From: Gemmatimonadales bacterium
GTDB lineage: Bacteria > Gemmatimonadota > Gemmatimonadetes > Gemmatimonadales > GWC2-71-9
NCBI GenBank assembly: GCA_041741375.1
Contig: JBGSKF010000143.1
Coordinates: 18,633 to 82,632 of the forward strand
DNA length: 64,000 bases
Direction of reading: 5' to 3'
Below the pieces are notes generated by a model, which saw only the letters and a list, made by a program, of their open reading frames with translations, made no database searches and was not told the origin of the DNA. Both the position numbers and the translations under genes were made by a program. Shown piece by piece: positions 1 through 9,406 of the stretch (its first letter is position 1; every line of letters starts with the position of its first letter).

Positions 1-1525
1 GGGCCAGTCGGTCCGCCGCCTCATTCACGGGAAGGCGGGCCCGAAGGTGCTCCTTCTGGGTTGCGATGCCCACCGGGCAGTTGCTGGTGTGACAGGCGCG
101 CATGGCGAGGCATCCGATGGCCTGGATGGCGCTGTTGGAGACGGCCACGGCGTCCGCTCCGAGGGCGAGGGCCTTGGCAAAGTCTTCCGGCACCCGGAGG
201 CCGCCGGTGATGATGAGGGAGACGTCCGATCGCCCGGCCTGGTCGAGGTGGCGGCGGGCCCGGGCCAGGGCGGGAATGGTGGGGACGGAGATGTTGTCGC
301 GGAAGAGCAGCGGTGCCGCGCCGGTGCCTCCGCCGCGCCCATCGAGGATGATGTAGTCCACCCCGACCTCCAGCGCCGCGTCGATGTCCTCCTCGATGTG
401 CTGGGCCGAGAGCTTGTAGCCGATCGGAATGCCTCCGGTGTATTCACGCACTTGATCGGCAAAGGCCCGGATCGGATCGAGGGAGTCCCAGTCGGGAAAC
501 CGGGAGGGAGACACCGCCGGTTCCCCGGCCCGGAGTCCCCGCACCTCGGCGATCTCCCGTGTCACCTTGGGTCCCGGCAGGTGTCCTCCGGTCCCGGTCT
601 TGGCGCCCTGGCCTCCCTTGAAATGAAAGGCCTGCACCCGACGCAGCTTCTCCATCGCAAACCCGAACCGTCCCGAGGCGAGTTCGTAGAAATACCGGGA
701 GCATTCGGCCTGCTCCGCCGGGAGCATTCCCCCCTCGCCGGAACAGATCCCCGTTCCCGCCTGCTCCGCTCCCCGAGCCAGGGCGATCTTCGCCTCGGCG
801 GAGAGGGCCCCGAAGCTCATGTCACTCACCAGGATCGGGAGGGCGAGCCGAAGCGGCTTCGCGGCGCTCGGGCCGATGACGACGTCGGTGCCCACCGGGG
901 CCTCGTCGAGCAGGGGGACCCGGGCCAGTTGGGCCGTGACGAACTGGAGGTCCCTCCACTGCGGAAGCTCGGGGCCCGGCACCCCCATGGCGTCCACCCG
1001 TCCATGGTGCCCGGTGCGGGAGAGACCATGTGAGGCCAGCTCCCGAATCCACCCGGTGTGGGGCTCCTCGGGCGTCCCGTGGGCATCGGCCCAGGATCCC
1101 TGATAGGCCATCCGGTCGAATGGCTGGGGATGTTTCCGCTCCCAGGCTGCGATTTCGTCCTCATCCACCCACACCTGGTCCGCCTCGATCCAGGCCGAGA
1201 ACCGGTGAAGCTGCTCCTCGGGGTTGTAGGCGCTGATGCCGGTACGGAATCGAAAGTCCCACCGATGCACGCCGCAGATCAGGTCTTCCCCCTCCACCGA
1301 TCCGTCGGCCAGGAGGGCGCCGCGATGGAGGCACCGGCCGAAGAGCACGGAAACTTCCTCGGCATCGGGCCAGCGGACGATGACGAGATCCACGTTGGCC
1401 ACAAGGGCGTGGGTCGGGGTGACCGGGGGAAGTTCCGACCAGGTGGCGATGGGAACCTTGCGCATCACACTCTCCGGCGAGGGGATGGGAAATTCGGGGC
1501 CGGTACGGGTGTCCGGCTGCAACAT
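1..1525 (-). CDS. Rieske [2Fe-2S] domain fused to glutamate-synthase-like FMN oxidoreductase (GltB domain-2 family); C-terminus lies beyond the left window edge
   Basis: Not in the ORF track because there is no stop inside the window. Own translation of the minus frame from ATG at 1525 gives MLQPDTRTGPEF... It contains the Rieske motif CLHRG...CGVHRWDF, then ...GVDYIILDGRGGGTGAAPLLF..., typical of the GltS FMN domain family. Confidence 0.8.
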   Translation of the reverse strand, partial: MLQPDTRTGPEFPIPSPESVMRKVPIATWSELPPVTPTHALVANVDLVIVRWPDAEEVSVLFGRCLHRGALLADGSVEGEDLICGVHRWDFRFRTGISAYNPEEQLHRFSAWIEADQVWVDEDEIAAWERKHPQPFDRMAYQGSWADAHGTPEEPHTGWIRELASHGLSRTGHHGRVDAMGVPGPELPQWRDLQFVTAQLARVPLLDEAPVGTDVVIGPSAAKPLRLALPILVSDMSFGALSAEAKIALARGAEQAGTGICSGEGGMLPAEQAECSRYFYELASGRFGFAMEKLRRVQAFHFKGGQGAKTGTGGHLPGPKVTREIAEVRGLRAGEPAVSPSRFPDWDSLDPIRAFADQVREYTGGIPIGYKLSAQHIEEDIDAALEVGVDYIILDGRGGGTGAAPLLFRDNISVPTIPALARARRHLDQAGRSDVSLIITGGLRVPEDFAKALALGADAVAVSNSAIQAIGCLAMRACHTSNCPVGIATQKEHLRARLPVNEAADRLA

Positions 1526-1594
1526 AAACTCCCCCGCACGCCACGCTGGAGCGTGGCGATCCCAGGGGGTGTCCATCCCAGGGGGTGTCGATCC

Positions 1595-2095
1595 CTACGT
1601 GATCAGTGTCATCAGGGCACGAAGAACCATCCATGCCAGAACGACCGATGCGGCGGTCACGAGTGTCAGGCCCAGTGCCACGACCGCCATCCATCGTGCG
1701 CTGGCTGCCCCGGCGCCTCGGGGGTCGCGACAGTATGCCTCCAGCAACACCATGTTCCGCTGGTTGGCGCGAAACACCACATCATGAATGTCCCCGACCA
1801 CCGGAATGGTTCCCACCACCGCATCGCGGCCCAGGTTCCAGAGCATCCGGGCCAGGATGGCGGGAGGTGCGCCCCGGTGGCCGGCCTCCGCCAGGATCAG
1901 CGATCCGACCACGAGACCGATCACGTCGCCCAGACCGGGAATCACCCCGATCACGGGATCGATCCCGATCCGAATCCCGGTGCCGGGGATGCGTACCGCC
2001 GAGTCCATCCACCACGCCAGGCGTCGGAGGGAGCGGATCCGGGCATCCACCGACGAATCCGAAGGCGGAGGTGCGGGCGACCCGGAGAGGCTCAT
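1595..2095 (-). CDS. DUF4112 family membrane protein
   Basis: C-terminal 166 aa of ORF 1595..2527. Internal ATG at 2095 (MSLSGSPAPP...). Sequence VRIPGTGIRIGIDPVIGVIPGLGDV...GTIPVVGDIHDVVFRANQRN matches the DUF4112 pattern. ATGA overlap with the upstream gene. Confidence 0.6.
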   Translation of the reverse strand: MSLSGSPAPPPSDSSVDARIRSLRRLAWWMDSAVRIPGTGIRIGIDPVIGVIPGLGDVIGLVVGSLILAEAGHRGAPPAILARMLWNLGRDAVVGTIPVVGDIHDVVFRANQRNMVLLEAYCRDPRGAGAASARWMAVVALGLTLVTAASVVLAWMVLRALMTLIT

Positions 2096-3009
2096 CCTCG
2101 ATCCTCGGCGCGCTTCCGGTGATAGCGTGCGAGCCCTGCCCAGCTCGCCCTGACGCCATCGGGGTGCACCGGAAGCGGCATTCCCGGCGGAAGGTGTGCC
2201 CCGTATTCGCGGAGGAAATCCTCCGCGAAGGCGGTGGCCATCGCCCGCTCGTCCTGGCCAGTTCCGCATTCCTTCGCCACTCGAGCACTCCACCGCCGGA
2301 GACGAGTGTCGTGGTCGTTGAGATGGCGGGTGACATCGCGATAGGGACCGAAGTGAGCGAGGAAGAGGTGCGTGGGATGCCAGCGACGAATCGCCGCGGT
2401 GCTGGTGAGCATGGCCTCGACGTCGATGTCCGGCGGCGGGGTCACGGGGATCACCATGGTCGTGCGGGGGAACCGCTCTCCCGTGGCATCGCCCACGAAG
2501 ACGGTCCCCGTCGTGTCGTCCAGCCACGCCATGTGATGAACGGCGTGCCCCGGGGTGGCGAGCGAGCGGAAACGGCGCCCGCCGAGGTCAAACTCCTCAC
2601 CCCCGTCGAGGGGGACGAGGTTCCGCTCCGGCACCGGGTGGATGGCGCCCCAGAGAGAATCCATCTGGTCCCCATAGAGGCGGGTGGCGCTGGCCAGGAG
2701 CCGGGACGGGTCGAGGAGATGGCGGGCGCCCGCCCGGTGCACATGAATCCGGACCCGCGGGTTCCGCTCGGCCAATATCCCCGCGGCGCCGGCGTGATCG
2801 AGGTGGATGTGGGTCAGGAGGATCGCGGAAACGTCCTTCAGGGAGGCGCCGAGGTCCGCAAGCCCCTGTTCGAGGGCCGGGAGGGTGCTGGACGGGCCGG
2901 GATCGACCAGGATCGGGCCCTCCGCACCGTTGAGGACTCCGGTGGCGATGTACTCCGCCTGACCCTGAAAGTGGAGGTCGACCAGGTGAACGGCGGAATG
3001 AGGGGACAT
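2092..3009 (-). CDS. MBL-fold metallo-hydrolase
   Basis: ORF 2092..3198 trimmed to ATG 3009 (MSPHSAVHLVDLHF...). Contains the HxHxDH motif LLTHIHLDHAG and later conserved His residues. Confidence 0.8.
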   Translation of the reverse strand: MSPHSAVHLVDLHFQGQAEYIATGVLNGAEGPILVDPGPSSTLPALEQGLADLGASLKDVSAILLTHIHLDHAGAAGILAERNPRVRIHVHRAGARHLLDPSRLLASATRLYGDQMDSLWGAIHPVPERNLVPLDGGEEFDLGGRRFRSLATPGHAVHHMAWLDDTTGTVFVGDATGERFPRTTMVIPVTPPPDIDVEAMLTSTAAIRRWHPTHLFLAHFGPYRDVTRHLNDHDTRLRRWSARVAKECGTGQDERAMATAFAEDFLREYGAHLPPGMPLPVHPDGVRASWAGLARYHRKRAEDRG

Positions 3010-3101
3010 CGGGCTCCGGGTGTCGGAGTGAAGGGTTCCGGGGTGGGGAAGTATAGATTGTCTGGCAACGAAGGATGGTGCCGACGCACCAGGGAGACAG
3101 C

Positions 3102-3776
3102 ATGAGACGTTCATGGATCGGATGCGCACTGATGATCGGCGCCATTGTGGTGCCGGGCAGGTCGGACCTCGTGGCTCAGGATGGGGCCTCGAAACCAATG
3201 GTCATGTGGACTCCGCTGTCGGCCGTGGGGGTCCTTCGCGCCTCGGCGCAGGTGGACTCGGTCTTCATCGATCGGGTGGTACGGGAGGCGACCGTGGAGG
3301 GCGGGGATTGGGTCTCCTATCTTGCCGTCCGGCTCGGGGTCGACACCCTGCCCGAACCGAATGGAATCCGGGTCGCGGTCGACAGCGCCCGGATCTTCGT
3401 GGATGGGCGGCTCATGGATCTCCCCGCCGAAACCCGCGCGCTCTTCGGCCCCCTCTCGATGATGCTCGACTCCACGACCGCCCTCCGAGCCGAAATCGTC
3501 CTCGGGAACAGCGGCCCCGGCCTGGTGCGTTTCATCCTTCGCCGCATGCTGGTGAACGGATTCCCCATTCCGGAGTCGTTGCTCGGCCCCTTCCTGGCCC
3601 GGGTGGGGAAGCAATATCCCGTGCTCACACCCACGGGCAGGGAACTCCGGGTGCAGATCCCCGAGGACGGCGCGGTGCTTCTGCGGCCGGCCGGAGTGAT
3701 TCTGCAGCGCGAACTGGCCGAGGCCGCACTCTCCACCGACAGCACGACCCGCGCATCGGCGACCCGGCCGCGCTGA
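3102..3776 (+). CDS. hypothetical secreted protein
   Basis: ORF 3075..3776. ATG 3102 is preceded by gggaga. N-terminus [19 protein letters not shown] looks like a signal peptide. No recognisable domain. Confidence 0.4.
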   Translation: MRRSWIGCALMIGAIVVPGRSDLVAQDGASKPMVMWTPLSAVGVLRASAQVDSVFIDRVVREATVEGGDWVSYLAVRLGVDTLPEPNGIRVAVDSARIFVDGRLMDLPAETRALFGPLSMMLDSTTALRAEIVLGNSGPGLVRFILRRMLVNGFPIPESLLGPFLARVGKQYPVLTPTGRELRVQIPEDGAVLLRPAGVILQRELAEAALSTDSTTRASATRPR

Positions 3777-3805
3777 ACCTCCGCCGGATGGAAGCGGGCA
3801 TGGAG

Positions 3806-3841
3806 GGTTTTGGGTGTTGGTGCTGGGTATTGGGTGTTGGG
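3806..3841. repeat. GGGT(G/A)TT-type heptad tandem array
   Basis: gggttttgggtgttggtgctgggtattgggtgttggg. Reverse complement of the CCCAAYA array at 23342. Confidence 0.8.
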
Positions 3842-3904
3842 CCTCTCCTCCCCCCCGGGGGATCTGAGGAGATTGCCGAGGAACTGGAGGCCCCGCGGTG
3901 GCGT

Positions 3905-4441
3905 ATGCGGAGCATGCCTGACCACGGAGCCCCTGTGCTGTGCCGCTTCCATGCCACCATGACCGTGCCCCGCCCCCGGGATCAGGTCTTCGCCTTCTTT
4001 GCCAGCGCCGACAATCTCGAGCGGATCACGCCACCCGAGCTACGATTTCAGATCCTGACACCCGGACCCATCGTCATTGCGGAGGGGAGCCTGATCGACT
4101 ACCGGCTGCGCTTGCACGGGGTTCCCCTGCGTTGGCGCACGCGCATTGCGCGCTGGGATCCGCCGCGCGAGTTCGTGGACGAGCAGCTGCGCGGACCCTA
4201 TGCGGTGTGGCACCACGCGCATCGGTTCCGGGCCCTCACCGACGGCGGAACTGGAGTGGAGGACGAGGTGCTCTACCGTCTCCCTTTCGGTGTGCTCGGT
4301 CGCCTCGTCACCCCCCTGGTGCGGAGGCAGGTGGAACAGATCTTTGCATACCGGCAGGCGCGGATTCGGGACCTGCTCACCCGGGAGTTGTCACTGCCGG
4401 AGCTCGTGCATTGCCCGGGGCCGGTTGGTGATGATGCCTGA
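3905..4441 (+). CDS. SRPBCC (cyclase/dehydrase-like) family protein
   Basis: C-terminal part of ORF 3113..4441 from ATG 3905. Contains ...[21 protein letters not shown]...[13 protein letters not shown]... Confidence 0.7.
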   Translation: MRSMPDHGAPVLCRFHATMTVPRPRDQVFAFFASADNLERITPPELRFQILTPGPIVIAEGSLIDYRLRLHGVPLRWRTRIARWDPPREFVDEQLRGPYAVWHHAHRFRALTDGGTGVEDEVLYRLPFGVLGRLVTPLVRRQVEQIFAYRQARIRDLLTRELSLPELVHCPGPVGDDA

Positions 4442-5143
4442 TACCCCCCGGCGCCAGAGCTGGAGGGCGCGACCCGGGTCGTCCACGGTCCAGACATGGA
4501 GGGGAGCGTCGTTGCTCCGTGCCAGGGCCACGGCCCGGGTCGTGGGGATCTCGAGGCCGTGCCACTGATCGGGTACCGCGAAACAGGCCACAGGGGGCAG
4601 GGAGACGGGGAGGCGGGTCCGGGCCCGGAGTGTGAGCCGGGCGATGTCCCGCCGGGAGGCCCCGACCGCGATCGGCCCTCCGCGGAACACGCCGAGGGCC
4701 CGGTGCTCGAAGGCGGCGACCACCACTCGCTTCGCGGCTCCGAGTCGCGTGACCACTTCGACCACCGCCGACTGCGCCGCTTCGGCCTTGATCTCGATCA
4801 GCAGCGGGAGGTCCCGTACTCCGTCCAGCACCTCCGCGAGGGAGGGCACCCGGACCTGCCGGGCGGCCCAGGTTGCATCGGAGTGGCGGGCTCCGGCGTT
4901 GGCCCGCTGGATCTCGGCCCAGGTGAGCGCGGCGACCGATCCGGTCCTGTCGGTGGTCCGGTCGAGAGTGGGATCGTGAATGACGACAGGGATCCGGTCG
5001 CGGGAGAGGTGGACATCCAACTCCAGGGCGTCGGCTCCATCCTCGAGGGCACACTGGAACGCGTCCAGTGTGTTCTCGGGTGCGCGATCAGAGGCACCCC
5101 GGTGGGCGATGACGAGCTGGACCTTCGGGTCGGTGAGCAGCAT
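4391..5143 (-). CDS. glycerophosphodiester phosphodiesterase family protein
   Basis: ORF 4391..5143. N-terminal [14 protein letters not shown] and [17 protein letters not shown] are GDPD hallmarks. Confidence 0.8.
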   Translation of the reverse strand: MLLTDPKVQLVIAHRGASDRAPENTLDAFQCALEDGADALELDVHLSRDRIPVVIHDPTLDRTTDRTGSVAALTWAEIQRANAGARHSDATWAARQVRVPSLAEVLDGVRDLPLLIEIKAEAAQSAVVEVVTRLGAAKRVVVAAFEHRALGVFRGGPIAVGASRRDIARLTLRARTRLPVSLPPVACFAVPDQWHGLEIPTTRAVALARSNDAPLHVWTVDDPGRALQLWRRGVSGIITNRPRAMHELRQ

Positions 5144-5252
5144 CAGGGGCGCATCGAATGACCATCGGGTGGAAGTGACGACGACCGCAAGCTACCTTCC
5201 TGACCGATCCTCCGACAGCCGTCACCCCCTCCAGACCTGGAGCCCACCCGCG

Positions 5253-6926
5253 ATGCCCTCCCCCTCCTCCCCCTCGTCCGACCCATTCTCCCTCAACCGG
5301 CGCAGCTTCCTCAAGTCGGGTGTCGCCGCCGGGGCCCTCACCGCGTCAGGAGCGACACTCGGCGCGGCGTGCGCTCCCGCCGCCCCGCCCGTGGATCCGT
5401 CCCGGGCGGCGCCCCCCGCCTTTGCCCTCGACGAGATCACGGTCGATGAACTGCAACGCCGGATGGCGTCGGGGGCGCTCACGGCGGTCTCCATCACGGA
5501 GCAGTACCTGGGCCGGATCGCCGCGGTCAACCGAGAGGGACCGAACCTCCGCGCGGTGCTGGAAACCAATCCCGATGCCCTCGCGGAGGCGGCGCGGCTC
5601 GACCAGGAAAGGAAGGATGGCCAGGTCCGGGGGCCGCTGCACGGGATCCCGATCCTGATCAAGGGGAACATCGCCACCGCGGACCGGATGACCACCACCG
5701 CGGGATCGCTCGCGCTCGAAGGAGTGATCGCCCCCGCCGATGCCTTCCTCGTGTCCCGGCTGCGCGAAGCGGGCGCCATCCTGCTCGGCAAGTCCAACCT
5801 CAGCGAATGGGCCAACTTCCGGTCCACCCGAAGCAGCAGCGGTTGGAGCGGGATCGGGGGACAATGCCGCAACCCCTACGCGCTCGATCGAAACACGTCG
5901 GGATCGAGCTCCGGTTCCGGCGCGGCGGCGGCAGCCAACCTCGCCGCGATCACGATAGGCACCGAGACCGACGGATCGATCACCTCGCCCTCGGGGGTCT
6001 GCGGCGTGGTCGGAATCAAGCCCACCCTCGGGCTCGTGAGCCGAACCGGCATCATCCCCATCGCCCACAGCCAGGATACCGCCGGCCCCCTGGCGCGCAC
6101 CGTTCGGGACGCCGCCATCCTCCTGGGGGCCATGGTGGGAACCGATCCGGCGGATGCGATCACCGAGGCGGCGGCGAGCCGGGGAGTGACCGACTACACC
6201 CAGTTTCTGGACCCGACCGGGCTTCGGGGCGCCCGGATCGGCGTGGTCCGGAAGGAGTACTCCGGGTTTCACCCCCGGGCCGATCTGGTTTTCGAGAGCG
6301 CCCTGGAGGCCCTGAAGGCCGGCGGGGTGGAACTGGTCGACCCGGCCGACATTCCCACCGCCGGCCAGTTCGATGAAGCGGAATACGAAGTGCTCCTCTA
6401 CGAGTTCAAGGCCGATCTCGAGGCGTATTTCGCCTCGCTCGGTTCCTCCACCTCACTGCGGACGATGGCTGATCTCGTCGCCTTCAACGAGGCCAACGCC
6501 GAGCGGTCGATGCCCTGGTTTGGACAGGAGATCATCATCGCCGCGGCCGCCAAGGGGCCCCTCACCGATCCCGCCTATCGGACGGCGCTCGCGAACTCCA
6601 AGCGGCTCGCCGGGCGCGAAGGAATCGATGCGGTGATGGATCGCCACCGGCTCGACGCCCTCGTGGCGCCCACCAACGCTCCCGCCTGGCCGATCGATTT
6701 GATCAATGGAGATCACTACCTGGGCGGAAGCTCGTCTCCCGCGGCCGTGGCGGGATACCCCAACATCACGGTGCCCGCCGGCGCGGTGTTCGGCTTGCCT
6801 GTCGGCATCAGCTTCTTCGGCCGGGCTTTCAGCGAAGGGGTGTTGCTTCGGCTGGCCCACGCCTTCGAGCAGGCCACCACCCGGCGGCGGCAGCCGACCT
6901 TTCTGAGGACGGTGGATCTGGGGTAG
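5253..6926 (+). CDS. amidase (amidase-signature family) with Tat signal
   Basis: ORF 4980..6926 trimmed to ATG 5253. Twin-arginine signal NRRSFLKSGVAAGAL, plus the amidase signature region GSSSGSGAAAAANL...GTETDGSI. Confidence 0.85.
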   Translation: MPSPSSPSSDPFSLNRRSFLKSGVAAGALTASGATLGAACAPAAPPVDPSRAAPPAFALDEITVDELQRRMASGALTAVSITEQYLGRIAAVNREGPNLRAVLETNPDALAEAARLDQERKDGQVRGPLHGIPILIKGNIATADRMTTTAGSLALEGVIAPADAFLVSRLREAGAILLGKSNLSEWANFRSTRSSSGWSGIGGQCRNPYALDRNTSGSSSGSGAAAAANLAAITIGTETDGSITSPSGVCGVVGIKPTLGLVSRTGIIPIAHSQDTAGPLARTVRDAAILLGAMVGTDPADAITEAAASRGVTDYTQFLDPTGLRGARIGVVRKEYSGFHPRADLVFESALEALKAGGVELVDPADIPTAGQFDEAEYEVLLYEFKADLEAYFASLGSSTSLRTMADLVAFNEANAERSMPWFGQEIIIAAAAKGPLTDPAYRTALANSKRLAGREGIDAVMDRHRLDALVAPTNAPAWPIDLINGDHYLGGSSSPAAVAGYPNITVPAGAVFGLPVGISFFGRAFSEGVLLRLAHAFEQATTRRRQPTFLRTVDLG

Positions 6927-6982
6927 GGAGTAGGGAATAGGGAATTATAGGGAATAGGGAATAGGGAGTAGGGAGTAGGGAT
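6924..6982. repeat. TAGGGA(A/G) heptad tandem array (about 8 units)
   Basis: tagggagtagggaatagggaattatagggaatagggaatagggagtagggagtagggat. The first triplet is the amidase TAG stop. Confidence 0.9.
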
Positions 6983-7057
6983 CTTGGGGCTCTCACAGAT
7001 CCCACTCCCTTCAAACGTCACAGTGGATCTCCAGGCCGCGAACGAACTCTCCCTTCC

Positions 7058-7975
7058 TCACGGTCCTGGTGGAAGCTGCCAGATCTCAACCAGATTGAGC
7101 ACGACGTAAGGGACCATCACCCGGCGCCGCCGGGTGTCGATGCCGATGTCCGCCGGCCGTCCGGGGAGTCGGGCGAGGACGCGGGCCGAGTCGGTGGTGA
7201 CGAGTTGCAGGGTGGAATCGACCTGGCTGGAGACGATCAGTTTCCCGTCCACGATCTCGACACCGTCCCGCCGACCTCCCGGGCTCGGTCCCACCACGGT
7301 CAGATCCCCGGTGTCGGCCCTCCACGCCAGAACGCTGTCCCCGCTCCAGGGGACCAGGATGAACCGGCTGGCGGCCGAGTCCCAGGTGATCCCGTTGGGA
7401 GAGGAGAGACCGGGGCCGCCGACGGCGATCTCCGCCACTCCTCCGTTGATCCGATAGACTCGGGACTCGCCGGTGTCGGTCACGTGGAGGGCTCCATCCG
7501 CGCCGATCGTGATGTCGTTCGGGAATCCCGGCGACAATGCCACGAGGGAGACCGAGGCCAGGTGGGCGCCGCTGCGCCGGTCGAAGCCGTGGACCGCCTC
7601 GAGATCAACGGCCCAGAGGGTGTCGCCCGAGAGGACCATGCCCCGCGGCGAATGCATCGGGGCCGACGCCGTTCCCGTGGCGAACCGGAGCGATTCCACC
7701 ACTCCCTCCCCGCTGACCCGGCTGATGAACCCGTTCCCGTCCCGTTCGCCGGCATCGCCGTTGAAGTTGGAGACGAAGAACACGTCCTGGTCCGGATCGT
7801 AGCGGACCGCCTCCGGGCCCGAGAATCCCTCTACCACAGCGACACGAGCACCCTCATCGAGCGGGCCCCACTCGGAGGCTACCTCGGCGGGAGCGGGGTC
7901 AGGAGTCTGGCAGCCGGCCAGGGCCAAGAGGAGGAAAACCGGCAGGGGCCGGGCACGGCGGAGTGGAGCTCTCAC
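7058..7975 (-). CDS. SMP-30/gluconolactonase/NHL-like beta-propeller lipoprotein
   Basis: C-terminal 305 aa of ORF 7058..8857. GTG at 7975 gives VRAPLRRARPLPVFLLLALAGC (lipobox). Repeated propeller-like strands follow. The upstream part of the ORF is antisense to the M42 peptidase. Confidence 0.6.
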   Translation of the reverse strand: MRAPLRRARPLPVFLLLALAGCQTPDPAPAEVASEWGPLDEGARVAVVEGFSGPEAVRYDPDQDVFFVSNFNGDAGERDGNGFISRVSGEGVVESLRFATGTASAPMHSPRGMVLSGDTLWAVDLEAVHGFDRRSGAHLASVSLVALSPGFPNDITIGADGALHVTDTGESRVYRINGGVAEIAVGGPGLSSPNGITWDSAASRFILVPWSGDSVLAWRADTGDLTVVGPSPGGRRDGVEIVDGKLIVSSQVDSTLQLVTTDSARVLARLPGRPADIGIDTRRRRVMVPYVVLNLVEIWQLPPGP

Positions 7976-8131
7976 GGAACGCCTCCATCGGTCAGGAACA
8001 TGGGGGAATGACACAAGGTGGCACCGGAACGACCCGAGGGGAAGGGGACCCCGGCGGGTGGCCCTCTCGATTGCCCCCGAGCTGGTGTCCCGCCTACCTT
8101 GGGGCTCCATCATACCAGCGGAGATCGTCCC

Positions 8132-9202
8132 ATGGAACCTCGTGCCCTGGCCTTTCTGAACTCCCTCCTGGATGCTCCGGGCCCCTCGGGGTTCGAGACG
8201 CTCCCGGCCAGGGTCTGGCGCACCGAGGCCGCCACCATCGCCGACACTGTCCGCGCCGATGTCAGCGGAAACTCCCACGCCACCCTCGGCGATCCCGACG
8301 CCCGGCCCCAGATCATGTTCGCGGGGCACATCGACGAAATCGGTCTCATGGTGGTGCACGTCGATGACGATGGGTTTCTGATGTTCGATCCGATCGGCGG
8401 GTGGGACCACCAGGTGTTCGTGGGGCAGCGGGTGACCCTCCTCGGCCGGGACGGCATGGTGGATGGGGTGATCGGCAAGAAGGCGATCCATCAGATCGAG
8501 CCGCCCGACCGGGAAAAAGTGTCCAAACCCGCCGACCTGTGGATCGACATCGGATCCACCTCGAAGCAGGAGACGCTGAGCCGGATCCGGATCGGCGATC
8601 CGGGAGTGCTGGCCGGGGGGGCGATGGCCTTTCCCAATGGACGGATCGTGAGCCGCTGCCTCGACAACCGGATCGGGGCCTTCGTGGTGCTCGAGGCGCT
8701 GCGATTGCTCTCCCACGACCGGCCCGCCGCCACCGTCACCGCCGTCGCCACCTCGCAGGAGGAGATCAGCTACACGGGAGGGGGGGCGCGCACCTCCGCC
8801 TCGGGCCTCCTCCCCACGGTGGCACTCGTCGTGGATGTGACCCACGCCTCGGATCACCCCGGCGCACCCAAGAAACGGCAGGGACCGGTCACCCTCGGCG
8901 GAGGACCGGTGCTGTCACGCGGAGCAGCCGTGAACGGGCCGGTGTTCGATCTGCTGGTGGACACGGCGGAGGCGGAAGGAATCCCCTACGCCCTCCAGGC
9001 GGCGCCCCGGATCACCGGCACCGACGCCGATGCCATCTTCACCGCCGCGGCCGGCGTCCCCACCGGACTCGTCTCCGTCCCCAACCGGTACATGCACAGC
9101 CCGAACGAGATGGTGGCGTTGGAAGATCTGGTGCTCACTGCCCGGCTGCTCGCCGCCTTCGCCCGGCGGGTCACCCCCGCCCACGACTTCATCCCGCGGT
9201 GA
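8132..9202 (+). CDS. M42 family metallopeptidase (glutamyl aminopeptidase / FrvX-like)
   Basis: ORF 8018..9202 from ATG 8132. Contains MFAGHIDEIGLMV, DNRIGAFVVLEAL and VATSQEEI. Confidence 0.85.
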   Translation: MEPRALAFLNSLLDAPGPSGFETLPARVWRTEAATIADTVRADVSGNSHATLGDPDARPQIMFAGHIDEIGLMVVHVDDDGFLMFDPIGGWDHQVFVGQRVTLLGRDGMVDGVIGKKAIHQIEPPDREKVSKPADLWIDIGSTSKQETLSRIRIGDPGVLAGGAMAFPNGRIVSRCLDNRIGAFVVLEALRLLSHDRPAATVTAVATSQEEISYTGGGARTSASGLLPTVALVVDVTHASDHPGAPKKRQGPVTLGGGPVLSRGAAVNGPVFDLLVDTAEAEGIPYALQAAPRITGTDADAIFTAAAGVPTGLVSVPNRYMHSPNEMVALEDLVLTARLLAAFARRVTPAHDFIPR

Positions 9203-9237
9203 ACAATCTTCTTGTCCCAATGGGACCGCCACGGCCC

Positions 9238-9316
9238 GTCATTCCCGCGAACGCGGGAATCCATTTTCCTCCTCAATCCCGCGTGTACATGGATCCCCGC
9301 TTCCGCGGGGATGACG
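9238..9316. repeat. REP/MITE-like palindromic element
   Basis: gtcattcccgcgaacgcgggaatcc ... ggatccccgcttccgcggggatgac. Two internal hairpins and inverted termini. A half copy lies at 13952. Confidence 0.7.
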
Positions 9317-9335
9317 ATTGATCCGCGATTTCCTT

Positions 9336-9406
9336 TCATTGATCATTGATCATTGATCGTTGGTCATTGATCATTGATCATTGGTCATTGATCATTGATC
9401 ATTGAT
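9336..9406. repeat. TCATTGA heptad tandem array (about 10 units)
   Basis: tcattgatcattgatcattgatcgttggtcattgatcattgatcattggtcattgatcattgatcattga. Overlaps the last codons and stop of the HEAT gene. Confidence 0.9.

Noticed and set aside
47-3105. Long plus-strand ORFs (47..1033, 1058..2122, 1606..3105) overlapping the left-edge genes.
   Set aside because: Their translations are Arg/Pro/Gly-rich with no motifs. They lie antisense to genes with clear signatures (GltS-like, DUF4112, MBL). These are typical shadow ORFs of GC-rich DNA.
7976-8857. N-terminal 294 aa of ORF 7058..8857.
   Set aside because: This part is antisense to the M42 peptidase and non-protein-like. A GTG at 7975 yields a proper lipoprotein signal, so the gene was trimmed.
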